Positions 11,437 through 20,186 of a stretch of 32,000 nucleotides of DNA are shown here, one piece after another. Position numbers and translations under genes: made by a program. The number at the start of each line of letters is the position of its first letter. The first letter of the stretch is position 1. The notes under the pieces were generated by a model. That model ran no database searches. It saw only the letters and a program-made list of their open reading frames with translations, and was not told where the DNA came from. The DNA is taken from assembly GCA_963675515.1 (NCBI GenBank), contig OY776328.1, forward strand, positions 2,130,001 to 2,162,000, given 5' to 3'. This DNA comes from Coprobacillaceae bacterium. GTDB lineage: Bacteria; Bacillota_I; Bacilli_A; Erysipelotrichales; Coprobacillaceae.

Positions 11437-12468
11437 CTAGTTGTGATTTTGCGCGTTAATTTGTTGAATAAGCACACTTCTCAGCAAATCATCCAACAAA
11501 CAACAAATATTTACCAATATCCAGCCTAGTCGACTGTGTTCACTATAATCAAACAAAAAATCTTTCATAAAAATTTGGGCGTATTCTTCTGCCTTTTTAT
11601 TGAAACCTTCGAAATCACCGTGCCCGATTTTATTTCTCATTTGTCTTAATAGTTTAGCTAATTTTACGGTTCTATTACCATATTCACTGTTCAGGTAAGG
11701 AATCAGAAGAGTGTCAATTTCGTTCGTGCCTTGCTTTCTGGTTAGTAATACCAATTCAAGCAAAGTAAATGTTCTCATATAGTGATTGTGGTTGTAACAA
11801 TTATCCTTGTAAATAGCGTTAATAATATAATCTAACCTATTATAATCATTAGGAGAATTTAATATGCAGTCTATACGTGAACCCATTTCTTTTAGTTCTT
11901 TAATATAATAATCCTTTGAAATTTGCTTCTCAAATTCGGAATGGATATTAAAACTTAGTTGAGATAATATTCGAGTATTTGCAAATGGTTCCATATTCGA
12001 AGAATATATACATCGTACAGATATGCCATTTTTTACATTATGGTTAACAAAGTTACCAAAATATATTAATTTTTCGGCGTAATCTTCTTCACAACAGCGG
12101 CCATCAAAACAATTATTTGTCCAGTCGAAGAACGGCATATCATTGTATTCATAGTCAAAAAACATGCAAACGAGATTATCCACGAGATATTGCAGACACG
12201 AATCGATAGAATCCAAGTCAGATGTTGAGAATCCATTCAGTATACTTTGAACAATATCCTTGAGGTATTGGAACGAATATTCCGTTCGATATGTTTTCCC
12301 ATGTCTTATAAGATCATCTTCGATATCCATTTTTTGTTGGCTAATTTCAAGTAACATATCTAGTTTAAGATCATTCTTCCAATCATCAGGAATATTTGAA
12401 ATGTATACCTTTAATTTATCAGAAATTAGCGTTTTATCTATTTTTCCAAAAACGTCTATAACAACCAA
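11437..12468 (-). CDS. Hypothetical 343-aa protein with C-terminal HEPN-like R-x4-H motif (candidate stand-alone Abi/defence RNase)
   Basis: Long uninterrupted ORF in strongly AT-rich DNA. TTG start at 12468, 8 nt after a GGAGG RBS. The C-terminal helical region FTLLELVLL...LAKLLRQMRNKIGHGDFEGF carries R278-x4-H283 (codons 11637-11620). The N-terminal ~230 aa is not recognisable. Confidence 0.7.
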   Translation of the reverse strand: MVVIDVFGKIDKTLISDKLKVYISNIPDDWKNDLKLDMLLEISQQKMDIEDDLIRHGKTYRTEYSFQYLKDIVQSILNGFSTSDLDSIDSCLQYLVDNLVCMFFDYEYNDMPFFDWTNNCFDGRCCEEDYAEKLIYFGNFVNHNVKNGISVRCIYSSNMEPFANTRILSQLSFNIHSEFEKQISKDYYIKELKEMGSRIDCILNSPNDYNRLDYIINAIYKDNCYNHNHYMRTFTLLELVLLTRKQGTNEIDTLLIPYLNSEYGNRTVKLAKLLRQMRNKIGHGDFEGFNKKAEEYAQIFMKDFLFDYSEHSRLGWILVNICCLLDDLLRSVLIQQINAQNHN

Positions 12469-12676
12469 TTCATCATCCTCCAGTTAAGTCATAAATAGAT
12501 ATGTTATTTACAAATATCAATTACAAATCATTTCAGCAAAGTGTTGGAATATAATAACTAAACGAGTGGCAACAAACGGCAACTAGATAAAATCATTATG
12601 TTAAAATCATTATGCTCATCGCATCAAATATAAAAACCAAATTTGTCTTTGAAATATTTCAAAGTTCAGAAACCGA

Positions 12677-12698
12677 AGGAACCCTCCCGGGTTCCTTT
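12677..12698. terminator. Terminator hairpin (copy B) downstream of the HAD gene
   Basis: AAGGAACCC-tccc-GGGTTCCTT, 4 nt from the HAD stop codon. Confidence 0.65.
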
Positions 12699-12802
12699 TA
12701 TGTTAGAAAAATTTGTTCAATGCCTTGAGCAGGCCGTCGTCCATGAAATCATCAGTCACATAGTCGGCGATCTGTTTTAGTTCATCGACACCGTTACCCA
12801 TG
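12677..12802. repeat. Direct repeat copy B (terminator plus functional 3' end of the HAD gene)
   Basis: Partner of 11307-11433. The offset is 1370/1369 bp. Confidence 0.85.
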
Positions 12803-13485
12803 ACCACGCCACAGCCAACCGCCTTGATCATCTCGATATCATTGTGACCGTCGCCAAAGGCGAAGCTGTCGCTGATTTCCAGATCATAGTAAGCCAGGGT
12901 CTTCTCGATTCCCTGGGCCTTGGTGATGTCCTTGGAGTACACCTCGAAAGCATTGATGGTGCCGTTGTAATCATAGTTGAATTTGCCTTCGATCAGCGAA
13001 ATGAACTCATCGGCCAGTTGGGCCGGCAGGGAAATCTCCATCTTGATGATCTTGTGGTAGACCGCCTTGTCGAACTCGCTGACTATATGGTCTTCCTTGA
13101 TATTGCATCGCTGGTAGAATTCCCACAGGTTCGTGAACTCGGCTTTGAGGTAGCCGTACTTGTTGTCCTGGAGGATATATTCGACTTGATGGCTTTCTAG
13201 ATAGTTTACCACTTCCTCGACATTTTCATGTCCCAGGTAGTTCTCGAAAATCGATTTCCCTTCGACCATGACATGCGACCCGTTGGCCATGACAAAGCCG
13301 TCGAAGTCTAGCGACGTGAGATATTCATTCACGAAGGCGTATGGCCGCCCGGTGGCGATGAAGAGGTGGTTACCCTTTTCCTTGATCTCACTTAGCTTCT
13401 CTATAACCGTTGGGGGAATCTTATAGACTCCCTTGTCGTTCTGGACCAGGGTCCCGTCAACATCGAAAAACAATACTTTACTCAT
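12703..13485 (-). CDS. Cof-type HAD-IIB family hydrolase (sugar-phosphate phosphatase-like)
   Basis: [14 protein letters not shown] (motif I DxDGT), ATGRP (motif II) and FGDGHNDIEM (motif IV). 260 aa. Confidence 0.9.
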   Translation of the reverse strand: MSKVLFFDVDGTLVQNDKGVYKIPPTVIEKLSEIKEKGNHLFIATGRPYAFVNEYLTSLDFDGFVMANGSHVMVEGKSIFENYLGHENVEEVVNYLESHQVEYILQDNKYGYLKAEFTNLWEFYQRCNIKEDHIVSEFDKAVYHKIIKMEISLPAQLADEFISLIEGKFNYDYNGTINAFEVYSKDITKAQGIEKTLAYYDLEISDSFAFGDGHNDIEMIKAVGCGVVMGNGVDELKQIADYVTDDFMDDGLLKALNKFF

Positions 13486-14773
13486 GAATCTTCTCCTTTA
13501 TGAGCGCCTTGATGACGCGGTGATGTTTAACTTCAACCACTTTGATGTGGTATTTGCCGATTGAAAATTCCGGTTGGGTGTTGTCCGCTGGGATGTTTTC
13601 GAGATGATGGAAAATGAAGCCGCCCATAGTATCATAGTTTTCACTTGCGAAATTGGTGCCCAGCACATCATCGACATTCTGTGCCAGGGTCGTCCCATAG
13701 ACGAGCCATTGGCCTTCCTTGATCTGCTTGATCTGGTTGTCGAGCGATTCCTCGACAAACTCGCCCACTATCTCTTCCAACAGATCCGACAGGGTGACAA
13801 TCCCGCTGACCCCGCCGTATTCATCCAGGACCACAGCCATCTGTTCCTGCTTGATTTTCATCGAAGCGAACAGGTAGTCGGCTCTCATGTTTTCATAGAC
13901 GAAGTAGGGCTTTTTGGCTTTTTCTTCCAGGATTCGCTGCTTGTCAAGGGTGCGGTAGACATCCCGGGCATTGACCACGCCGATGATCGCATCCATCGAC
14001 CCGTCGACGATCGGATAGAGGTTGTGCTCGTTGGTATCCACAACTTCCTTCCATTTTTCGAAGTCGTCGTTGACATCGAGATAGACGACATCGAAACGGT
14101 GGGTCAGGATTTCCGAGGCGAACTTGTCATCGAACTTGAACAGGTTGGAGATGATTTCGGCCTCCTCCACGTCGATTACGCCTCTTGACGAACTTGCATC
14201 GACCATCATCAGGATCTCCTCTTCGCCCACATCGGTCGATATGGCATCGGGATCGATCCTGAACAGCCGCAAGACCAGATTGGTCGACAGGGTCAAAAAA
14301 GATACCAATGGTGCGAATATCTTGGCCACGACATTGATGATGCTTCCTGCAAACAGAGCGATCTGTTGGGCATATCGCTGGCCGATGCGCTTAGGCACGA
14401 GTTCACCTAAAACCAGGGTAATGTAGGAAAGAATGATGGTGATCACGATTACCGCGATGTTTTCTAGAAGCGCCAGGTTTTCAGTCACATTCAACTTGAC
14501 CAGCAATGAAACCAGACCATTTGAAAACGACTGGGCCGCGAAGGCCGAACCCATGAAGCCCGAAAGGGTGATGGCCACCTGGATGGTGGCCAGGAATTTG
14601 GCGGGATCCTGCAAGAGCTTGGCCAGCTTCAACGCCTTGATGTTTCCGTCCTTAGCCATCCTTTCGAGTTTCGTGTCATTGAAGGAAATGACCGCGATTT
14701 CGCTCATCGCAAAAAAAGCATTCAGTAAAATCAATATAAGTTGCAACAACAGTTGCTGGTAGATGTTATCCAT
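13478..14773 (-). CDS. Hemolysin-family protein (DUF21/CNNM TM domain, CBS pair, CorC_HlyC)
   Basis: 431 aa. N-terminal TM domain with [11 protein letters not shown], a central CBS pair and a C-terminal transporter-associated domain ([22 protein letters not shown]). Its stop overlaps the HAD start by 8 nt. Confidence 0.9.
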   Translation of the reverse strand: MDNIYQQLLLQLILILLNAFFAMSEIAVISFNDTKLERMAKDGNIKALKLAKLLQDPAKFLATIQVAITLSGFMGSAFAAQSFSNGLVSLLVKLNVTENLALLENIAVIVITIILSYITLVLGELVPKRIGQRYAQQIALFAGSIINVVAKIFAPLVSFLTLSTNLVLRLFRIDPDAISTDVGEEEILMMVDASSSRGVIDVEEAEIISNLFKFDDKFASEILTHRFDVVYLDVNDDFEKWKEVVDTNEHNLYPIVDGSMDAIIGVVNARDVYRTLDKQRILEEKAKKPYFVYENMRADYLFASMKIKQEQMAVVLDEYGGVSGIVTLSDLLEEIVGEFVEESLDNQIKQIKEGQWLVYGTTLAQNVDDVLGTNFASENYDTMGGFIFHHLENIPADNTQPEFSIGKYHIKVVEVKHHRVIKALIKEKIHE

Positions 14774-14884
14774 AACTAACTCATTATCTTTTCAATAATG
14801 AACCTGCCTTTCATTTGATATATTCCATTGTATCATTTTTAGGCTGGAAAATAAATCATGCAATTGGCGCTTTCCCATCCTGAA

Positions 14885-14909
14885 AACAAAAAAGGAGCCA
14901 AGGCTCCCT
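14885..14909 (-). terminator. Rho-independent terminator after mreB
   Basis: Minus strand: GGGAGCC-tt-GGCTCC followed by TTTTTTGTTTT. Confidence 0.6.
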
Positions 14910-14918
14910 TTAAGATCA

Positions 14919-15908
14919 TTATTTTACGTAGTGAAGGTTTTCCAGCATGACGCCACATCCGTTGGCAACACAGTTTAAAGCGTCTTCAGCGACAAATACC
15001 GGTACGCAAAGTTCGTCTTCCAATAATTTGTCCAATCCCATAAGCAAGGCTCCCCCGCCTGTAAGGAAGATTCCGCGTTCCACGATGTCCGCAGCCAATT
15101 CCGGAGGTGTCTGTTCCAGGACGATGCGGGTTTCACGCAGGATCCGTTGGCAAGTTTCACGAAGTGAAAGCTCGATCTCATCGGCAGTAAGAGTGATTGT
15201 ATGAGGCAATCCGGTAACCAGGTCACGTCCGCGGACTTCCATAGTCTTGTTCGACATCCCTTTGATGCAGCATCCGATTTGCATCTTGATCTGTTCCGCA
15301 GTGCGGTCACCGATCAGCAGTTTATATTTTTCCTTGACGAATTTGATGATTTCCTCATCCATACGGTCACCAGCGATCTTCAGTGAAGAGCTCGTAACGA
15401 TTTCCCCTAAAGACAATACGGCGATATCGCAAGTTCCCCCACCGATATCGATAACCATGTTCCCTGTCGGTCTTGAGATATCCAGCCCGGCACCGATGGC
15501 AGCCACTTTAGGTTCTTCCTCGATGAACACTTTTCTAGCTCCGCAACGTTGCGCCGCATCCTTGATTGCCGATTTTTCAATCGAAGTGATGTTTGAAGGG
15601 CAGCAGATCAGGATTGTCGGTCTGGTGAAGATCCCTTTAAGGTTTAACTTGTTGATAAAGTGAGTCAGCAGGATCTCAGTGATCTGGAAATCCGCGATGA
15701 CACCATCTTTCAATGGACGGATGGCTTTGACACGGCCTGGAGTTTTCCCCAACATGTCTTTGGCTTCCTGACCAACCGCCAATGCGCGTTTGGTTTCCTC
15801 ATCTATCGCCACAACCGAAGGTTCGTTGACAACAATCCCCTCACCCTTGACATAGATTAATATATTTGCAGTACCTAAGTCGATACCAATTTCCTTTGAG
15901 AATGGCAC
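14919..15908 (-). CDS. mreB: Rod-shape determining protein MreB/Mbl
   Basis: EIGIDLGTANILIYVKG..., DIGGGTCDIAVLS and LTGGGALL are actin-like ATPase motifs. I prefer the GTG at 15908 (AGGAGGAAT RBS 6-7 nt upstream, product MPFSKEIGIDLGT) over the ORF-track ATG at 15941, which has no RBS. Confidence 0.9.
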   Translation of the reverse strand: MPFSKEIGIDLGTANILIYVKGEGIVVNEPSVVAIDEETKRALAVGQEAKDMLGKTPGRVKAIRPLKDGVIADFQITEILLTHFINKLNLKGIFTRPTILICCPSNITSIEKSAIKDAAQRCGARKVFIEEEPKVAAIGAGLDISRPTGNMVIDIGGGTCDIAVLSLGEIVTSSSLKIAGDRMDEEIIKFVKEKYKLLIGDRTAEQIKMQIGCCIKGMSNKTMEVRGRDLVTGLPHTITLTADEIELSLRETCQRILRETRIVLEQTPPELAADIVERGIFLTGGGALLMGLDKLLEDELCVPVFVAEDALNCVANGCGVMLENLHYVK

Positions 15909-16141
15909 TCGTAATTCCTCCTTGATTAATTTCCACATCATTTTACCATGTTTGAAAACTTATGCAATTATTTTTTAACAATTTCTCCGATATTTTCAAG
16001 CAATTTTAAATTACGGTGCCGTTTCGTCCCGTTTTCAAATTAGATTGAATAATCCATTCATATTCAGTTGCACCCGTCCTTTTGTAAACGGACCCATTCC
16101 TGGCAGCCCGGCTTGGACCCGGATAGATCCGGCCTATTAAA

Positions 16142-16339
16142 TCAGAAATGGATCGTGGTGAAATCAAGGATGAACTGGGCCAGGTTGTAGCCCAGCACCA
16201 GCGATACGATAATAAACAAAACGTAGAACAGGCGCTCTTGACCTTTGCGGATGAAATCGTCAAAGCGAATCGAAGAGAGCGAGTACATCGAAATCATGAT
16301 GCAGATTATATAGGTTGCAAGTTTGATGGCTTGATACAT
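16142..16339 (-). CDS. DUF1146 (YwzB-like) small membrane protein
   Basis: 65 aa, two TM segments, with the pattern IICIMISMYSLSSIRFDDFIRKG typical of DUF1146. Commonly found near mbl/mreB in Bacillota. Confidence 0.65.
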   Translation of the reverse strand: MYQAIKLATYIICIMISMYSLSSIRFDDFIRKGQERLFYVLFIIVSLVLGYNLAQFILDFTTIHF

Positions 16340-16389
16340 TGTGACCTCCTGTAAGTCCGATTGGACAGCTTCAATGACTTAAGTATATA

Positions 16390-16419
16390 TTGAATTTTGG
16401 ATGCAAACAATGCTATAAT
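16390..16419 (+). promoter_or_regulatory. Putative sigma-A promoter of nadE
   Basis: TTGAAT (16390-16395), 18 nt, TGcTATAAT extended -10 (16411-16419), 24 nt before the ATG. Confidence 0.45.
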
Positions 16420-16442
16420 TGAAAAAAATTGGAGGTAAAACA

Positions 16443-18347
16443 ATGATAGATGGATATATCCGCGTCGGCGCAGCCAATATCGAGACGGCAATCGCCAATC
16501 CGGTCAGAAACACCAAAGCCATAATAGAAAGAATCGAAGAGGCATACCAGAACAATTGCCAGGTCCTGGTTTTCAATGAGCTGACTTTAAGCTCATACAC
16601 CCTGGAAGACCTGGTTTTCCAGCATTTGCTTCTTACCAAGTGTGAGCAGGAGCTGGTCAGAATCCTGGAAGCGACCCGGGAAAAAGAAATGGTTGTGGCA
16701 CTCGGCCTGCCTTTGGCTCATGGCAACAAGATCTACAACGTCGCCGCGATCATCTTCAAAGGTGAAGTCCTGGCCTTCGTCCCGAAAACGCATATCCCCA
16801 ATTATCATGAGTTTTACGAGGGACGCCGCTTCGCCAGGGCCCCGGAGACCAACACCACCATCACCTTCAACGGTAAACAGGTGCCTTTTGGCAAGAAGTT
16901 CGTCTTCAAGAACCGCCTGATGGACGAATTCACCTTCGGAGTGGAAATATGCGAGGACCTGTGGGTTCCAAATCCCCCAAGCGTCTCCCTGGCGCTAAAC
17001 GGCGCCAATGTCATTTTAAACCTTTCGGCTTCCAATGAGATCACAACCAAATCATCATACCGCCGCGATTTGGTCAAGATGCAATCGGCCAGCCTGATAT
17101 GTGGCTACGTGTACGCCAGCGCCTCGGCAAGCGAATCGACTACCGACCTCGTCTTTTCCGGCCACAACCTGATCTGCGAAAACGGCAGCCTCATCAAGGA
17201 ATCGGACCTGTTTGAAAGTGGCATCGTCTATGGGGACATCGACCTGCTCAAACTCCAAAGCCAGCGTCTCGAGATGACTACTTATGAAAACAGCTTCGAG
17301 TTTGAAACGATTCAATTCGACCTGCCGCCTTACCAGCTGGAACTCGAAAAAAGCTATGACCAGAATCCGTTTGTCCCGGGCAACCTTGAAGACCGCCACC
17401 TGCGCTGTCAGGAAGTCTTCAACATCCAGATGTACGGACTGATCAAACGGCTCAAGGCTACCAGCATCGACAAGGTCGTCATCGGTATCTCCGGCGGTTT
17501 GGATTCGACCCTGGCTTTGCTTGTCTGTTCGTTCGCCTTCAAGAAGATGGGGCGCGACCCGAAGAACATAACGGCAATCACGATGCCATGTTTCGGGACG
17601 ACCAGCCGGACCAAAAACAACGCCCATATCCTGATGGACGAACTGGGCGTGACCAAGAAGGAAACCGACATCACCGATACCGTAATGGCCCAGTTCAAAG
17701 ATCTAGGCCACGATGTCAACGACCACTCGATCACCTATGAAAACGTCCAGGCACGGACCAGGACCCAGGTGCTGATGAACACCGCCAACAAGATCGGCGG
17801 CCTGGTCATAGGAACGGGCGACCTGTCGGAAGTGGCCCTGGGCTGGTCGACCTACAACGGCGACCATATGTCGATGTACGCCTTGAACATGGCGGTGCCA
17901 AAGACATTGGTGCGCTATCTGGTCGACTATGTGGCCAGCCTGGTGGAATCGACCGAGCTAAGCGAGACACTTCGAGACATCCTGGCGACTCCGGTCTCAC
18001 CAGAACTGCTCCCGGTCAAGGAAGATACGATCCACCAGATCACCGAAGATATCGTCGGACCTTACGAACTCCATGATTTTTTCCTGTACCACTTCATCCG
18101 CTTCAATGACCGGCCCCGCAAGCTGTATCGCAAGACGGTGCTGGCCTACAAGGACAAGTACGACAAGGAAACAATTCTCAAATGGCTCAGGCTGTTCTAC
18201 CGCCGCTTCTTCACCCAGCAGTTCAAGCGTTCCTGCATCCCTGACGGACCTAAGGTCGGGACCGTTTCGCTTTCTCCTCGGGGCGACTGGCGAATGCCTA
18301 GCGATGCGAGCTATTCCATGTTCCTGAGTGACCTGGACGAAATATAA
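16443..18347 (+). CDS. nadE: Glutamine-dependent NAD+ synthetase (nitrilase-like glutaminase plus synthetase domains)
   Basis: N-terminal CN-hydrolase domain (VLVFNELTLSSYT, GVEICEDLW). C-terminal PP-loop ISGGLDST. ATG at 16443 follows GGAGG (16431-16435), so the ORF-track start 16419 is unlikely. Confidence 0.92.
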   Translation: MIDGYIRVGAANIETAIANPVRNTKAIIERIEEAYQNNCQVLVFNELTLSSYTLEDLVFQHLLLTKCEQELVRILEATREKEMVVALGLPLAHGNKIYNVAAIIFKGEVLAFVPKTHIPNYHEFYEGRRFARAPETNTTITFNGKQVPFGKKFVFKNRLMDEFTFGVEICEDLWVPNPPSVSLALNGANVILNLSASNEITTKSSYRRDLVKMQSASLICGYVYASASASESTTDLVFSGHNLICENGSLIKESDLFESGIVYGDIDLLKLQSQRLEMTTYENSFEFETIQFDLPPYQLELEKSYDQNPFVPGNLEDRHLRCQEVFNIQMYGLIKRLKATSIDKVVIGISGGLDSTLALLVCSFAFKKMGRDPKNITAITMPCFGTTSRTKNNAHILMDELGVTKKETDITDTVMAQFKDLGHDVNDHSITYENVQARTRTQVLMNTANKIGGLVIGTGDLSEVALGWSTYNGDHMSMYALNMAVPKTLVRYLVDYVASLVESTELSETLRDILATPVSPELLPVKEDTIHQITEDIVGPYELHDFFLYHFIRFNDRPRKLYRKTVLAYKDKYDKETILKWLRLFYRRFFTQQFKRSCIPDGPKVGTVSLSPRGDWRMPSDASYSMFLSDLDEI

Positions 18348-18625
18348 TATAAATATTGATACTGTAGCGAACCGTTTATCAACCGTGCCCGTTGCAGTTT
18401 TTTTGTGTTTTCACATTTATTGGCAATTTGGGTTTATGCAGGATCATAATCGTGTGCTCCATGGCAACCAACATCCAAATTTCGCGACCAGCACAGAAAC
18501 ACTTGATGCACAAATCCACAATATTGCTTGTTCAATCCATATCCAGAGTCCAAAACAAATTCATTATTATATCAGTCTGCAATGTGACTCATCTATACAT
18601 CTATGGATATTTTCAACAGGCATTG

Positions 18626-18651
18626 AAAAACAAGCCCGTAAGCTTGTTTTT
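18626..18651. terminator. Bidirectional terminator between convergent nadE and usp
   Basis: AAAAACAAGC-ccgta-GCTTGTTTTT: a 10-bp stem with A/T runs on both sides. Confidence 0.6.
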
Positions 18652-18677
18652 CATAAAGCATCAATATTCAGTTGGTT

Positions 18678-19535
18678 CTAATCACGTTTGGCGGGAACCA
18701 GCAATACCGGCGCGTCAGCATGACGAACCATATTGTGGGACAGGCTTCCCAGGCTGACTTCTTTGATGAAGCCGCTGCCTTGAGAACCCATGACCACCAG
18801 GGATATTTCCTTGTCATCAATTAGATGAAGCAATTCCTGAGCCGGATTGCCGTGGAGGACCAGGGTGTCCACTTCAGGAACCCGCAATTCAATCAGTTCA
18901 TCTTTCATGGCATCGAGTTTTTCCATGGCGCTGGTTTTGAATTCACCGATATCCCGGTTAAGATATGGTTCGAGCCAGGTCTTTTTGATTACAGTCACCA
19001 AAGTCACTTTGTCAATTCCAACTACAGCAAGTTCTTTGAGCTTTTCATAAGCCAGAGCGGCATTATCGGAAAAATCAGTCGGGAAGAGCACATGAGAGTT
19101 CATCTTGCGCATCAACGGGGTCGAATCACTGGTTTTGAAGACGATGACCGGCAATTTGGCTTTATGGATCACTTCATAGGCGACCCCTCCGAGCATGAAT
19201 TCACCGATCAGGTTTTGACGTTGTTCTCCGACTACAATCGCTTTGCAGCCGGCTTCCCGGGCCACGATGTCGATCTGCGTCAGGATGTCGGTATCGATGA
19301 TTTTCAGGGACTCGACTTCCAATCCTTCATCTTTGAGGATCTGGACCTGTTTTTCCATATTCTCATTCAGGTATTCGCTGAATTGAACCGACATTGCGCT
19401 AACTTCTTCCATACTGGCGATACATTGAGCCAGGACGCACTCCTTGACTCCGATGTCTTTTAGATGTTTGGCTTTTTTGACCAGTTGGATTTCACTGAAT
19501 GGTACCTGGGCGACAATCAATACTTTTTCAAACAC
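18678..19535 (-). CDS. Tandem universal stress protein (two UspA domains)
   Basis: Two USP repeats, each ending in a G-x2-G-x9-G(S/T)-like stretch (IVVGEQRQNLIGEFMLGGVAYEVI and VVMGSQGSGFIKEVSLGSLSHNMV). GTG at 19535 is 8 nt from GAGGAG. The ORF-track GTG at 19544 abuts the RBS. Confidence 0.85.
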   Translation of the reverse strand: MFEKVLIVAQVPFSEIQLVKKAKHLKDIGVKECVLAQCIASMEEVSAMSVQFSEYLNENMEKQVQILKDEGLEVESLKIIDTDILTQIDIVAREAGCKAIVVGEQRQNLIGEFMLGGVAYEVIHKAKLPVIVFKTSDSTPLMRKMNSHVLFPTDFSDNAALAYEKLKELAVVGIDKVTLVTVIKKTWLEPYLNRDIGEFKTSAMEKLDAMKDELIELRVPEVDTLVLHGNPAQELLHLIDDKEISLVVMGSQGSGFIKEVSLGSLSHNMVRHADAPVLLVPAKRD

Positions 19536-19664
19536 ATTACTCACTCCTCTTTCAAATACGAATCATACAAATTGTCTGACATAGTTGATAATATTTGGAG
19601 GTGCTGGCGAACACTTCATTGCCAAGGTGAAGTGTAATCTAATCAACACTTCCTTCGTAATTTA

Positions 19665-19693
19665 ATTATAGTCTCCATATTTACTTTTGGCAA
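19665..19693 (-). promoter_or_regulatory. Putative sigma-A promoter of the usp gene
   Basis: Minus strand: TTGCCA (19693-19688), 17 nt, TATAAT (19670-19665). This gives an about 120-nt leader. Confidence 0.4.
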
Positions 19694-20178
19694 ATCAATT
19701 TGATATACAGAAAGAATTTCATCAAAAAAGAGAAAAACCTTTGTTATAAGCGGTTTATTTCACTACGGTTGTAACCGAACATGATTGTTTCAAGCTACAA
19801 CGATTATCGTTGCCTTGGTTATTAGAATGAAACGACCATCCGTGTCGCCAAAAGAGAAAAAGGAGTTTGCGTAGGCGGTTTTGCTTCCGGTACCATCATG
19901 TGGCTGACTGTTTAAGTACGAAAATCTTATGGTCCAAAAACCGCATTATAGAGCCATTTTACTTAAATTATCTTAATTTTAGAGGTTATATTCCTGTTTC
20001 TTCATCAACCTATCAATTTCTATCTTGAATGACAACTTAACTCAGGTAGACATCGATAGTTGTTGAACGCCAAAATATCAAACCCAACAGATTCAGTTAA
20101 TTTCAACCTATTTAAAAGAATCTGCGTGATTTACAAAGTATTTAAATCATTACCTGGGCTGTATTGTCATTCAAAACC

Positions 20179-20186
20179 GCTTTACC
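20179..20186. repeat. Target-site duplication, left (GCTTTACC)
   Basis: 8-bp direct repeat, identical to 21331-21338, immediately outside the IS inverted repeats. Confidence 0.75.

Noticed and set aside
15909-16141. About 230-bp GC-variable spacer between the DUF1146 gene and mreB, with several short palindromes (CCGGAT-ag-ATCCGG, GTCC...GGAC), considered as a riboswitch or sRNA
   Set aside because: The stems are only 4-6 bp, no known riboswitch core was recognised, and no convincing terminator or anti-terminator pair was found. An Rfam scan would be worthwhile, but the region is not supportable from sequence alone. ORF 16006-16263 (-) overlaps the DUF1146 gene out of frame and is spurious.
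18348-18677. ORFs 18328-18681 and 18392-18757 (+) in the nadE/usp convergent spacer; also a possible nadE terminator at about 18363-18405
   Set aside because: Both ORFs read straight through the strong bidirectional terminator at 18626-18651 and into the usp gene antisense. They have no RBS. The upstream hairpin has two mismatches in a 9-bp stem, so I did not list it as a feature.
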